NCBI GenBank assembly: GCA_009779295.1
Contig: WREN01000001.1
Location: forward strand, 1 to 50,662
Length of the DNA: 50,662 nt
Reading direction: 5' to 3'
Source: Oscillospiraceae bacterium
GTDB lineage: Bacteria; Bacillota; Clostridia; Oscillospirales; CAG-272
Every line of letters begins with the position of its first letter. Position 1 is the first letter of the stretch. Below the pieces are notes generated by a model. The model saw only the letters and a list, made by a program, of their open reading frames with translations, was not told where the DNA came from and did no database searches. Below are positions 36,999 to 46,354 of this stretch, in pieces. Made by a program: the position numbers and the translations under genes.

Positions 36999-37337
36999 GC
37001 TGATGGAATCAGTCGCAGCAGACCCGCCGAAGGCGGGGCTTAAACGGGTGCGCAGCTCCCGTGGGGTATTAGGGGCAGAATCCCCTAACAAGCGGTAAGT
37101 AGGTGGAACCCCACTTCCATTGCTTGCAAAACGGTATCGGAACGTTACGATAATAAATTTCGCGTAAACTGACAACGGCAACTACAATAGAACCAAAATA
37201 AACCCTGTGACACGAGAAAATCAATCGATTTTCTGTGCGTACAACAAGCGTTCAATGTACTTCCAATTTTATTATTGTACGCCTTATCTGCGTCCAATGT
37301 AAGTATATAATAAAAAAACTAAAGGAGAAATATTCAT

Positions 37338-38252
37338 ATGATAATAGCTATAGACCACGGAAATAAGCAAATCAAACTGCCGGGAGGACATGTCTTTACT
37401 TCCGGCCTGCGCGAAAGCGACGCCAAACCGCCGTTCGGCGACGACGTTCTGAAATACAAAGACAAATATTATTCGCTCTCGGACAAGCGTATACCGTATA
37501 TGCGCGAAAAATTTATCGACGACCGGTTCTACATCCTCACCCTGTTCGCCATAGCTTTTGAAATCGAGGACACAGGGCGTTACGATCCGGGCGTAATGCG
37601 CGTCCATGTCTTGGCCGGACTACCTCCCGCTCATTTCGGAACGCAGTACGAACGATTTGAAAACTATTTCAAGCGCGGCGTTGATGAATTTGAGTTTCAC
37701 GGCAAGAACTTCAATATTAATATATATGATGCGACGGCTTACCCGCAGGCGCTCGCCGCCGCTGTTCCGGTAATTGGGGAAATTAGCTCCCTGCCCAAAG
37801 CGGTTGTTTTGGATATAGGGGGATTCACGGCTGATTACCTCATATTAAAACATGGCCGTGCTGACTTGTCGGATTGCGATTCCCTTGAACATGGGGTTAT
37901 CATCATGTATAACCAGATCACCGCGAAAGTAAACTCCGACTTGGATTTGCTGCTGGACGAATCCGATATTGACACGATCCTGCAAGAAACGCCGAACGAT
38001 TTTCCTGATAACATTAAGCGTATCGTACATGATACGGCACAAGTATTCGTGTCAGACTTGTTCGGGAAATTACGTGAACGGGCGATTGACCTGCGCTCCG
38101 GTAAAACCGTATTTGTCGGCGGCGGCTCTATTCTGCTCAGGGAGCAGATAGAAGCGTCCGGAAAGGTCGCTTCGCCAATTTTCGTGGATAAAATATCAGC
38201 CAACGCGAAAGGGTACGAGTTGTTGTACAGAGCGTTCAAATCGAGGGGGTGA
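37338..38252 (+). CDS. ParM/StbA-like actin-fold segregation ATPase
   Basis: Actin-fold motifs IIAIDHGNKQIK (phosphate 1), VVLDIGGFTADY (phosphate 2) and VFVGGGSILL (adenosine). Confidence 0.75.
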   Translation: MIIAIDHGNKQIKLPGGHVFTSGLRESDAKPPFGDDVLKYKDKYYSLSDKRIPYMREKFIDDRFYILTLFAIAFEIEDTGRYDPGVMRVHVLAGLPPAHFGTQYERFENYFKRGVDEFEFHGKNFNINIYDATAYPQALAAAVPVIGEISSLPKAVVLDIGGFTADYLILKHGRADLSDCDSLEHGVIIMYNQITAKVNSDLDLLLDESDIDTILQETPNDFPDNIKRIVHDTAQVFVSDLFGKLRERAIDLRSGKTVFVGGGSILLREQIEASGKVASPIFVDKISANAKGYELLYRAFKSRG

Positions 38253-38650
38253 TACGCTTGGACGATAAAAAATCCGCCACACGGTTTACGATACAATTCA
38301 ACCGTACCGACCACGCTCACCTCCGCGCGGCAGACATTCTTAACCAATACGAACGGTTCGGCAAAGCGCGGCATATCGTCAACGCCATACTTCATTATGA
38401 AGATTGTGAACACCGTGATATGCAGCCATCGGCGAAAATTGACGAGAAGTATATCGAAACGGTTGTCAACCGGATATTGCGCGAAAACTGTACAAGCGGC
38501 GATGATGTCCGGCTTGATTCCGATGATGTAAAACGGGAACATAACCAAAAGCCCCTTGACGAGATTGATTTTGACGGCGCGATGGAAATGCTGGGCGAAG
38601 ACGGCTTAAACGCCGTGGCGGACGCGCTGGATATGTTTAGAAAAAAATGA
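38249..38650 (+). CDS. hypothetical protein, possible ParR-like adaptor
   Basis: Overlaps the ParM-like stop (GTGA); an alternative start is TTG 38258. 133 aa. The assignment rests on position only. Confidence 0.45.
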   Translation: MIRLDDKKSATRFTIQFNRTDHAHLRAADILNQYERFGKARHIVNAILHYEDCEHRDMQPSAKIDEKYIETVVNRILRENCTSGDDVRLDSDDVKREHNQKPLDEIDFDGAMEMLGEDGLNAVADALDMFRKK

Positions 38651-38827
38651 TAAAAAAACATGGCGGGTTTGTTTTAATCCAACCCGCTGTGCCTTTGAAT
38701 ACTTTTTTTCAATATTTTATATGCTTATACATAGCGCGAAAATACCGAACAGGGCAACCTTTTGGGAGATATATAAATAAAGAAGAACGGAATCACCCGT
38801 TCTTGATAGTGCTTCCATTAAATTAAC

Positions 38828-38856
38828 TTTCGTAGAGTATTCAATTCTATGAAAAA
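38828..38856. repeat. left 29-bp inverted repeat containing a core-type recombinase site
   Basis: TTTCGTAGAGTATTCAATTCTATGAAAAA matches the reverse complement of 40246-40274 at 28 of 29 positions. Internal architecture is CGTAGAG-TATTCAA-TTCTATG (7-7-7). Confidence 0.85.
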
Positions 38857-39063
38857 TATGGTATTATTATATATCACTATAATTATAAAATATAATTTTA
38901 AATTTGTCAATACTATGTAGAAAATTAATGTTTTTTTAAGAGAAAATGTACGATCAGTTAGCATCTGACGGCGATATACGGGTTATGACGCGCGAAAAAG
39001 GTTTGCGCAACCCATTTATCGCCGTCAAATTTTAAGTCAAAATTTTTGAAAGGAATGATATAT

Positions 39064-40182
39064 ATGGCAAAACACGGAGAAAACATTTATAAGCGCAAAG
39101 ACGGGCGATGGGAAGCGAGGGTAATCAAGGGATATACTGAAAATGGCAAGGCTCTATACGCCTACATATACGGGCGGACTTATAGGGAAGCAAAAGAAAA
39201 AATCTTTAATTCGTTAACCTACACTATCGAAAATGTTGTTTCAGCAAAAACAACAACCGCGCCAAATTTCGAGAGTGTATTGGTTTTGTGGCTTGACAGA
39301 AAAAGGATCGGAATAAAAGAATCCTCATATGTTAAGTATTTCAACCTCATGAATAATCACATCAAGCCTTATTTGGGGAAATATCCAATATCAAGCATAG
39401 ACAGCGCGGTATTAAATTCATTTATCGCAGAAAAACTTAAAATAAACGGTTTATCGGAAAAAACGATGAAAGACATTATGACAGTTATAAAATCTGTTCT
39501 GCGGTTCGCAAAGGAAGAAGGATTAATTACAGAGATTGATTTTAAAATTAATCTCCCACGCGAAAAACAAAAGGATATGAGGGTTCTGACAAAAGATGAA
39601 CAAACCCTGCTCGAAAAATATTTGTGTTCCGAAATCGATGAGAACAAACTCGGAGTTCTTGTTTGTTTGTATACCGGGTTACGGGTCGGAGAAATTTGCG
39701 CGTTGAAATGGAGCGATATTTCATTGGATGAAAACACGCTCACAGTGAGCCGCACAATGCAGAGAATACAAACGTTAAACACTACCTACGATACAAAAAC
39801 CAAAGTGTTTGTTACCGATCCGAAAAGCGACTGTTCCGCGCGCGTTATCCCTCTGCCTGATTTCTTAATTAAAAAATTAAAAATGTTTCGTCCCGCGTAT
39901 GAAAACGCATATCTTCTCACCGGTAAACCAGAACGGTATATCGAACCGAGAACCTATCAAAACCGGTTCAAATCATACATTACGGGTAGCGGAATCAAAC
40001 ATGCAAATTTCCATTGCTGCCGACACACGTTTGCCACGAGATGTGTTGAGGTTGGCTTTGAAATAAAAAGTTTAAGTGAAATCCTCGGTCATGCTAACGT
40101 CAATATTACTTTAAACAGATATGTGCATCCGTCTTTTGATTTAAAACGCAGCAATATGAACAAGCTCGCTTGTTTTTATTGA
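39064..40182 (+). CDS. tyrosine site-specific recombinase/integrase with N-terminal Arm (AP2-like) DNA-binding domain
   Basis: N-terminus MAKHGENIYKRKDGRWEARV. Catalytic region LYTGLRVGEICAL (R), CCRHTFATRC (H-x-x-R), LGHANVNITLNRYVH (H...Y). The track ORF starts at TTG 39046; I prefer ATG 39064. Confidence 0.9.
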   Translation: MAKHGENIYKRKDGRWEARVIKGYTENGKALYAYIYGRTYREAKEKIFNSLTYTIENVVSAKTTTAPNFESVLVLWLDRKRIGIKESSYVKYFNLMNNHIKPYLGKYPISSIDSAVLNSFIAEKLKINGLSEKTMKDIMTVIKSVLRFAKEEGLITEIDFKINLPREKQKDMRVLTKDEQTLLEKYLCSEIDENKLGVLVCLYTGLRVGEICALKWSDISLDENTLTVSRTMQRIQTLNTTYDTKTKVFVTDPKSDCSARVIPLPDFLIKKLKMFRPAYENAYLLTGKPERYIEPRTYQNRFKSYITGSGIKHANFHCCRHTFATRCVEVGFEIKSLSEILGHANVNITLNRYVHPSFDLKRSNMNKLACFY

Positions 40183-40214
40183 TTACGCCGTCAAATTTAG
40201 AACGCCCCCATAAA

Positions 40215-40250
40215 AAAGCATTGATAAATCACGGTTTATCAATGCTTTTT
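40215..40250 (+). terminator. rho-independent terminator downstream of the recombinase gene
   Basis: AAGCATTGATAAA pairs perfectly with TTTATCAATGCTT across loop TCACGG, followed by TTTTT. The T-run is also the first 5 nt of the right inverted repeat. Confidence 0.85.
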
Positions 40251-40274
40251 CATAGAGTTGAATACTCTACGAAA
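40246..40274. repeat. right 29-bp inverted repeat containing a core-type recombinase site
   Basis: TTTTTCATAGAGTTGAATACTCTACGAAA with architecture CATAGAG-TTGAATA-CTCTACG. An extra half-site CTCTACG lies at 40288-40294. Confidence 0.85.
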
Positions 40275-40330
40275 ATATTTTTTTAAGCTCTACGAAAAAA
40301 ACACTTAATTAAATAATGTGAAATCGAAAT

Positions 40331-40406
40331 CGCTTAACCACGTTTCGCGTCAGCAACGAAGCTGAAGAAAGAGAACCTCAACTCCAAAATAAAAGAGGCA
40401 AAAAAA
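40331..40406 (+). promoter_or_regulatory. conserved leader/promoter module, copy A (upstream of the giant surface-protein gene)
   Basis: The 34-nt block at 40371-40404 matches 49112-49145 at 33 of 34 positions. The upstream 28-nt block matches at 21 of 28. Confidence 0.6.
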
Positions 40407-40422
40407 TTTGGGAGAAATGAAA

Positions 40423-43400
40423 ATGAAAAAAAGGATATTACATAAAATAATAACTTTTACTCTTGCGTTCGTGATGATTGCTGGGTTTACTCCAGCATTA
40501 CCAGTACATGCAGCAACTTCTCTTTGGGTAGGTAATGGAGGCTTACCATCTGGTTCAATTGTAGAAGAAGGAATATCTTTTTGGTGGGGTTTGGATATTA
40601 TAAGAGATGATTATGGTAGCATACCGAACCTTGATATAAAGGTTGATGTCATTAATGGCAAATTACCAACTGGCATATACCACGACAGGAATGGCGTATT
40701 TGTAGGTACTCCTGTAGAACCAGGTACATTTACTTTTTCTCTCAGAGTAACTCAAATAAGCACTGGGTTTACGGGTACACTTCTTAACCATACAATCATA
40801 GTCGTACCCCATCGTCCTCTCATTCCAACTGCGGCAATAACCATTGTCGAACCAATAACAGGCAATGCGCCAAATGTATCAGCTAACGGAACCGGTTTAT
40901 TTACTGTTGGCACAGTATCATGGACTCCGAATCATAACCCGTTCCGTGCAGGAACATCTTATACGGCACAAGTTACGTTGACAGCTAACGGAGGTTATAA
41001 GTTTTCAAACTCAACAAATGCTACGATAAATGGGCAAATTGCAAGAAACGTATCATTGGGAGGTCTACTGGGTAACGGAGAAATAACGATATCATATACG
41101 TTCCCTTCCACCCCCCCTATATCCATTGGTGAACAGCAAGGCAGGTTATTCCCCGGTATTCCCGGAACTGTTGTTTTCCCTATAAATGGTATACCAGACG
41201 GCAGTTACAATGATGTAACGGTTAACAATCTTCCGCCCGGCGTAACAGTTGAAAGACCAATTGTTATTTCGAATAACACTGGTATTTTGAAATTAACAGG
41301 AAGCACGGCTACAATCACTGGAATAACTTCAAACTTGAGGTTAACAATTAACGGAAACATTTCAGAGCCGTTCATTTTATATGTGACTGATATTAACGAA
41401 CCAATAGAAATATTTACGGCTGAAGAATTCAACACTGTTGTTCGAGATTACGGTCGCTATCCGTATAGTCATTTCAAAATCATGAATGATATTGACCTCT
41501 CTGAAATTAACAACGGTATTTGGGAACCGATTGGTACGACATCTCAACCATTCAGAGGCACAATTGAAGGTCGTTTTAATATGATTTCGGGCGTTAATGT
41601 TGCGCCGGGTAGTTCCGCTTACGGTCTATTTGGGTATAGCGAAGGAATTATTAAAGATTTAGGAGTGGAATACACATCTCGTTTTGGCGGAGTTGCCGGA
41701 AATAACAGCGGAAGTATTGTAAACAGTATTACCAAATTTGAACTCAGAAACCCAACATCATGGACAGGCAACAACCGAATTGCAGACAAGGTCGTGCTTA
41801 TAGACCTTTCAAGCCCAAATCAATCTAAACTGATCAACAGAACCCTCACAATAGCTGATACTGTTGAAACCGTTGTATTCAGAGGACGAGATACAATATA
41901 TGAAGGGCTTAGTATTGTTATTGAAGGCAATACCACTGTGGTTTTAGATGATTTTAGATTTCAAGCTCGCCCCGGCGAACATGCGATTAATTTTATCGGA
42001 GGCGTTGGCTCTAATCCTGCTATTATTTCGACAGGAAGCCGAAACAACAATTTAATACAAGGCTGGCACACGCATAATGCGGTGCAGAGTAACGGCAATT
42101 TATTTATTGGCGGCAACGCAAACTTAACCGTCGATTATAAAGAACCGAGCGCAGATATTCAAAGGAATGGGCTCGATGCGATTCATTTGAATGGAAATTT
42201 AACCGTTGCATTAGACGCTGCCTTGAAAGCGCAGGGTGGCAATGGCGGCGATGGTGGAACGGTACAAAAAGCCGGATCAGCAGGTGATAACGGTGTTAAA
42301 GGTGGTGACGGCGGCGCAGGGATTCACTCTTTTGGCTTGAATATTCTTAATTATTCAGAAGTAATTGTTATAGGAGGCAACGGCGGAAATGGAGGTCATG
42401 GTGGCAATGGCAGTCATGGTACAAATGGCAATAAAGGGTTAGATGCGATAGATTTTAATCGTGATATAATTCCCACTTTGCTTGGTTCACCTGAAAACGA
42501 CGGAGAGGATGGAGGTACCGGAAATCAAGGTGGTAACGGCGGTGATGGGGGCGACGGCGGAAAAGGCGGAGACGCCATACAACTTAGTACGAATCTTTAT
42601 TATTATTCACAACAAAGCTGTATTCGTATGATTGCTGGTCAAGGTGGAAACGGCGGTCGAGGCGGAAGTGGCGGCAACGGCGGCAACGGTGGCAACGGTG
42701 GCAATGGTGCTAATGCTGGATTGCTCGGTGGTAGGGGTGGCAATGCCGGAAATGGTGGTCGAGGTGGTAACGGAGGAAAAAACGGTGATGGAGGTTGGAA
42801 CGGGTCTTTATTATATGTTAATGGGCAAACTATTTATGGCGAATCACAAAAATATGGCGGAGGAGCTTATACGGACAGAACCTCTTTCGGTTCAGGTGGC
42901 AACCCTGGTTTCCCAGGTAGAGGTGCAGATGCAATGCTTCGTTGGTTTCCTGTTATTTCCGCAGGTATAGACGGAAGTGACGGAAACCAAGGTAATCCGG
43001 GGGTTTCTGGTTCATTGGGTGGCGAAGGTATACCGCGGCCAATGAACGAGGAGGAAATGACCGGCTTTCTTGGGAATCTTATACCATCTGATTTTTGGAA
43101 CACAATGCGTGTTGAATTCCAGCGGCGGCGTGTTGGTGCGGACAGGCTTATTATAGCAAGGATGCCATCAAGAACAACTTTCATTGCTGGTGAGATTTTT
43201 CGTCCTATAAGTAACTGGACTGATATAGAAATTGGACGCATGATAAACGGAGAATATGAACAGATATATAATCTTGGACAAGTGAACTTTTCACTTAATA
43301 ATTCTCCGTTAAACGTTTTTGACCGAGAAATTATAATAACGTCAGGTGCGTTTACTGCAAGAGTTCCGATAACAGTTAATCCTGTTTCTACAACGGAACT

Positions 43401-46191
43401 TATCCCTATTTTGCCGCCTGACCGTGGTCTTGTTTTTGAAGAAGGTAATCAGCTTGTGCCAACGCTACAACCTACTCCAGAATTGCGAACGTTGCATGGC
43501 TTAAGCTTAAGACGTATATTAATTAACGGTAATGAAAATATAATTGAAGGCGAAGATATTTTCTTAGGAATGCCAACGCCCAGACAAGATTATCTTTTTA
43601 GCACACGGGCGCGCATTGTTGATAAGCGTGAAAATGCCATAGATTACTTAAGAAATGCTGGCGGAAGACCACTTGACGAAGAAGATAAAGAAATAATAAT
43701 TGAAGATGGATACTGGTTTAATAATGATTTTATCGTTACCGCCAGTGTTTCAATTCCAATTGTTGTAAAACCAAGACCGGCAGCTGCTGCACCTATTGCG
43801 AGTGTTGATTCTGGCGCAGTTGCTATTGGTACGGAAATAATACTTACAAGCGATATGCCGAATATTGGATTATCAAACGGAAGCCGAAGCGTATTTATTC
43901 GATATACCACAAATGGCTCTGAACCAACGCGAATATTAAGCAGTACAGTATTTGATGGGTCGCAGCCTATTAATATTAACGGTAATACGAACATAAAAGC
44001 GAAAGTTTTTTATACCGAAGAAATTGAAGTCTGCGCAGAAAGAAATTGGGTTGAATATAGAACAACAGAGAGTGGTACAGTCACGTTTAGTTATACGTTA
44101 TTAGATCGTATAGAAATTGAGCATCCAAACGATATATTGGTGCAGGGGTTAGATTTTGGTACGCACCCACAAAATGTTATTATTAACCCGGATACAATTA
44201 CAATAAAAAACACAGGGGGTACACCGACTGGAAATATAAATATAGAGGTATATAACTTAGAGGGTTTACCTCATGAAAACTTTAAACTTTTAAACGAATC
44301 CATTACTGGAATACCGGTCGGAGGATTTGCTACATTCGAAATACAGCCCGGAACTTCAGCTGGATTGTCGGCAGGGCAACACGTTGCAATTGTTGTTTTG
44401 AGCGGAATTAATATGGAACCGATAATGATAGCAACATGGGTTGATATTTTAACGGAAAGCGATAACGCACAGATACCAAACATAATTAACCATCCACAAA
44501 ACGCAACTGTTACGGTCAATGCGGCGTATAATCTGATCGTTTCGGCAAATGTCACGGACGGTGGTAGTTTAAGTTATCAATGGTACAGCAATACAATTGC
44601 GTCCAATACGGGTGGCACGATTATACAGGGAGCGACGAACGAAACATTTACCGTGCCTACAGGTATAGCAGGAACATATTATTATTACGTCGTAGTAACA
44701 AACACAAACAACGATGTAGGCGGAATAAAAACAGCGACAGTGACGAGCGACTTCGCTATAATAACGATTCTTAATATACTTGACCCTTACGAACCACAAA
44801 TCAACATTACAAACGCAACAGGACGGGCAGGCGAAGAGATAACGCTGACAGTTACGATGGAAAACATACCGCAAATTGCGGGATATGGCATTTCGATGAC
44901 TTATGACCCTAATGTGTTTACATACATCTCAGCAGCGCCCGGCGATATTCTGCCGGAGAGATTCATCGATCAAATAAGGCCAAATAATCGGATGTTTTTC
45001 AGTTCGTATGACGACGACGGCAATTTTGAAACAGGTACAACATTATTTACGGTAACTCTTAAAATAGACGACAATATAGGAGAAGGCGTTATCGAGCCCG
45101 CTGCACTATATTTCTCATATTTTAATACAGTGATTGAGGGCTTCGATACTGGCGATACGATATACCCTGAGATAAATCAGCCAGTTATCACGGTCATCAA
45201 CGTTTTCTACGGCGATGTGAACGGCGACGGCAGGCTGAACATTTCCGACAGGACAAGGATGAACCAATTCTTCTCGGACAATCTACCAGAAGGTGCAGTA
45301 TTTATAGAGGCAAACGCAGACGTAAACGGCGACGGACGATTGAACATATCAGACAGAACCGTGATGAACCAGTTTTTCGCGGGTACGAGAGATTATCTCG
45401 GGCCGCAGATAACCCCAGCGTTTTTCAGTTTCATTTTACCCACACTTATACCAGTAAATGAGCCGGAGATACTTGTATCTAACGTTTCCGGTAAGGTCGG
45501 CGATACAGTTAGCTTAACCGTATCGATAAAAGATAATCCAGGACTATCAGGTTACGGCATATCGATGCGTTACGATGAGAACTTGTTAACCTTCATATCA
45601 GCGTCGGCGGAAGATATACTGTATGATAATTTCGTCGTTATTGAGAAGCCAGACGGACGAATCCACTTCAACTCGTATAACGATGACGGCGAGTTCGAAA
45701 CCATTGAAGAGCCGGAAGACGAAGAGGAATTTGTAGATGAAACAATATTATTCACGGTGACGTTCAGAATCAACGAGACAGTTTCTGGAGGCGTTAACTC
45801 TATAGGAGTAGTAGAGTTCTATTACGATAATTTCGTTATCGAAGGATTCGCGATATGCGAGGCCGATGGAATCACGCCGAAAACGATATATCCGGAGATA
45901 CCGTTAGGATTTGTTACAGTAGAGGTTGGTAATGCGGTTACGATTGTGAACGCGGTTGCGCAGTACATCAGCATAGCAGAGACATCGAAAAATTCCGGAG
46001 TATGGGCGTTGACGTTTAGAGTAACGGAAACGTGGTCGAACGGTGAGACGAAAGTAGTGCCGTACACGATCAACATCAAAGCTAACAACGCGAATGTAGA
46101 TGGCAGATACAACCTCGGAGCGTATATTTTAATTTACGATATCAAAGGTAACGGCTCTAACATCAGAGAGTTTAGGGTTATACTGAAGTAA
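40423..46191 (+). CDS. giant secreted surface protein: Ig-like domains, GLUG-type module, Gly-rich GGNGG repeat region, cohesin - dockerin - cohesin, conserved C-terminal module
   Basis: Signal peptide [29 protein letters not shown]. Dockerin [22 protein letters not shown]...[21 protein letters not shown] (45205-45390). Two cohesin-like modules (~44.81-45.20 kb and ~45.47-45.93 kb). ATG 40423 follows GGGAG by 8 nt; the track start is TTG 40408. Confidence 0.85.
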   Translation: MKKRILHKIITFTLAFVMIAGFTPALPVHAATSLWVGNGGLPSGSIVEEGISFWWGLDIIRDDYGSIPNLDIKVDVINGKLPTGIYHDRNGVFVGTPVEPGTFTFSLRVTQISTGFTGTLLNHTIIVVPHRPLIPTAAITIVEPITGNAPNVSANGTGLFTVGTVSWTPNHNPFRAGTSYTAQVTLTANGGYKFSNSTNATINGQIARNVSLGGLLGNGEITISYTFPSTPPISIGEQQGRLFPGIPGTVVFPINGIPDGSYNDVTVNNLPPGVTVERPIVISNNTGILKLTGSTATITGITSNLRLTINGNISEPFILYVTDINEPIEIFTAEEFNTVVRDYGRYPYSHFKIMNDIDLSEINNGIWEPIGTTSQPFRGTIEGRFNMISGVNVAPGSSAYGLFGYSEGIIKDLGVEYTSRFGGVAGNNSGSIVNSITKFELRNPTSWTGNNRIADKVVLIDLSSPNQSKLINRTLTIADTVETVVFRGRDTIYEGLSIVIEGNTTVVLDDFRFQARPGEHAINFIGGVGSNPAIISTGSRNNNLIQGWHTHNAVQSNGNLFIGGNANLTVDYKEPSADIQRNGLDAIHLNGNLTVALDAALKAQGGNGGDGGTVQKAGSAGDNGVKGGDGGAGIHSFGLNILNYSEVIVIGGNGGNGGHGGNGSHGTNGNKGLDAIDFNRDIIPTLLGSPENDGEDGGTGNQGGNGGDGGDGGKGGDAIQLSTNLYYYSQQSCIRMIAGQGGNGGRGGSGGNGGNGGNGGNGANAGLLGGRGGNAGNGGRGGNGGKNGDGGWNGSLLYVNGQTIYGESQKYGGGAYTDRTSFGSGGNPGFPGRGADAMLRWFPVISAGIDGSDGNQGNPGVSGSLGGEGIPRPMNEEEMTGFLGNLIPSDFWNTMRVEFQRRRVGADRLIIARMPSRTTFIAGEIFRPISNWTDIEIGRMINGEYEQIYNLGQVNFSLNNSPLNVFDREIIITSGAFTARVPITVNPVSTTELIPILPPDRGLVFEEGNQLVPTLQPTPELRTLHGLSLRRILINGNENIIEGEDIFLGMPTPRQDYLFSTRARIVDKRENAIDYLRNAGGRPLDEEDKEIIIEDGYWFNNDFIVTASVSIPIVVKPRPAAAAPIASVDSGAVAIGTEIILTSDMPNIGLSNGSRSVFIRYTTNGSEPTRILSSTVFDGSQPININGNTNIKAKVFYTEEIEVCAERNWVEYRTTESGTVTFSYTLLDRIEIEHPNDILVQGLDFGTHPQNVIINPDTITIKNTGGTPTGNINIEVYNLEGLPHENFKLLNESITGIPVGGFATFEIQPGTSAGLSAGQHVAIVVLSGINMEPIMIATWVDILTESDNAQIPNIINHPQNATVTVNAAYNLIVSANVTDGGSLSYQWYSNTIASNTGGTIIQGATNETFTVPTGIAGTYYYYVVVTNTNNDVGGIKTATVTSDFAIITILNILDPYEPQINITNATGRAGEEITLTVTMENIPQIAGYGISMTYDPNVFTYISAAPGDILPERFIDQIRPNNRMFFSSYDDDGNFETGTTLFTVTLKIDDNIGEGVIEPAALYFSYFNTVIEGFDTGDTIYPEINQPVITVINVFYGDVNGDGRLNISDRTRMNQFFSDNLPEGAVFIEANADVNGDGRLNISDRTVMNQFFAGTRDYLGPQITPAFFSFILPTLIPVNEPEILVSNVSGKVGDTVSLTVSIKDNPGLSGYGISMRYDENLLTFISASAEDILYDNFVVIEKPDGRIHFNSYNDDGEFETIEEPEDEEEFVDETILFTVTFRINETVSGGVNSIGVVEFYYDNFVIEGFAICEADGITPKTIYPEIPLGFVTVEVGNAVTIVNAVAQYISIAETSKNSGVWALTFRVTETWSNGETKVVPYTINIKANNANVDGRYNLGAYILIYDIKGNGSNIREFRVILK
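42230..42810 (+). repeat. coding low-complexity region of (GGNGG/GGDGG)n tracts alternating with short hydrophobic strands
   Basis: The translation reads GGNGGDGG..., [43 protein letters not shown] and [28 protein letters not shown]... Confidence 0.85.
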
Positions 46192-46354
46192 ACGAATTTT
46201 TATTTGAAAATAAATAATTTAAAATAATGAGGATTTTATTATGAAAACAGAAATGTATATTTTACCTTGTACAAGAGCATCTCCGAAATACAAACGACGA
46301 AAAGTTACTCAAAATAAAATTATAAAATTTAGATTTCTATAGGAGGCAATTATA

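Larger units (their letters stand above)
1..38690 (+). mobile_element. Integrative conjugative element backbone (Clostridia type IV secretion / MobC-relaxase type). The left end is off-window and the right end is only approximate.
   Basis: Uninterrupted co-directional set of conjugation genes (T4CP, VirB6-like, PrgI, VirB4, cell-wall hydrolase, MobC, relaxase). The sequence becomes visibly AT-richer after ~38.69 kb. No att site could be defined. Confidence 0.75.

Noticed and set aside
36829-37098. 89-aa plus-strand ORF spanning the relaxase stop into the intergenic region
   Set aside because: It is an out-of-frame overlap with the relaxase C-terminus, has an Arg/Ala-rich translation, and runs through hairpin-forming non-coding DNA.
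42632-42970. Alternate-frame ORF ([26 protein letters not shown]...) within the Gly-rich region
   Set aside because: It is a frame-shifted read of the GGNGG-encoding repeats, which gives Val/Ala/Thr runs. It lies inside a continuous 5.8-kb ORF with recognisable domains on both sides.
46241-46342. 33-aa basic micro-ORF (MKTEMYILPCTRASPKYKRRKVTQNKIIKFRFL) between the two cohesin genes
   Set aside because: It has only a weak SD-like GAGGA, AT-rich context makes such ORFs frequent, and it has no motif or coupling. It is kept as a note only.
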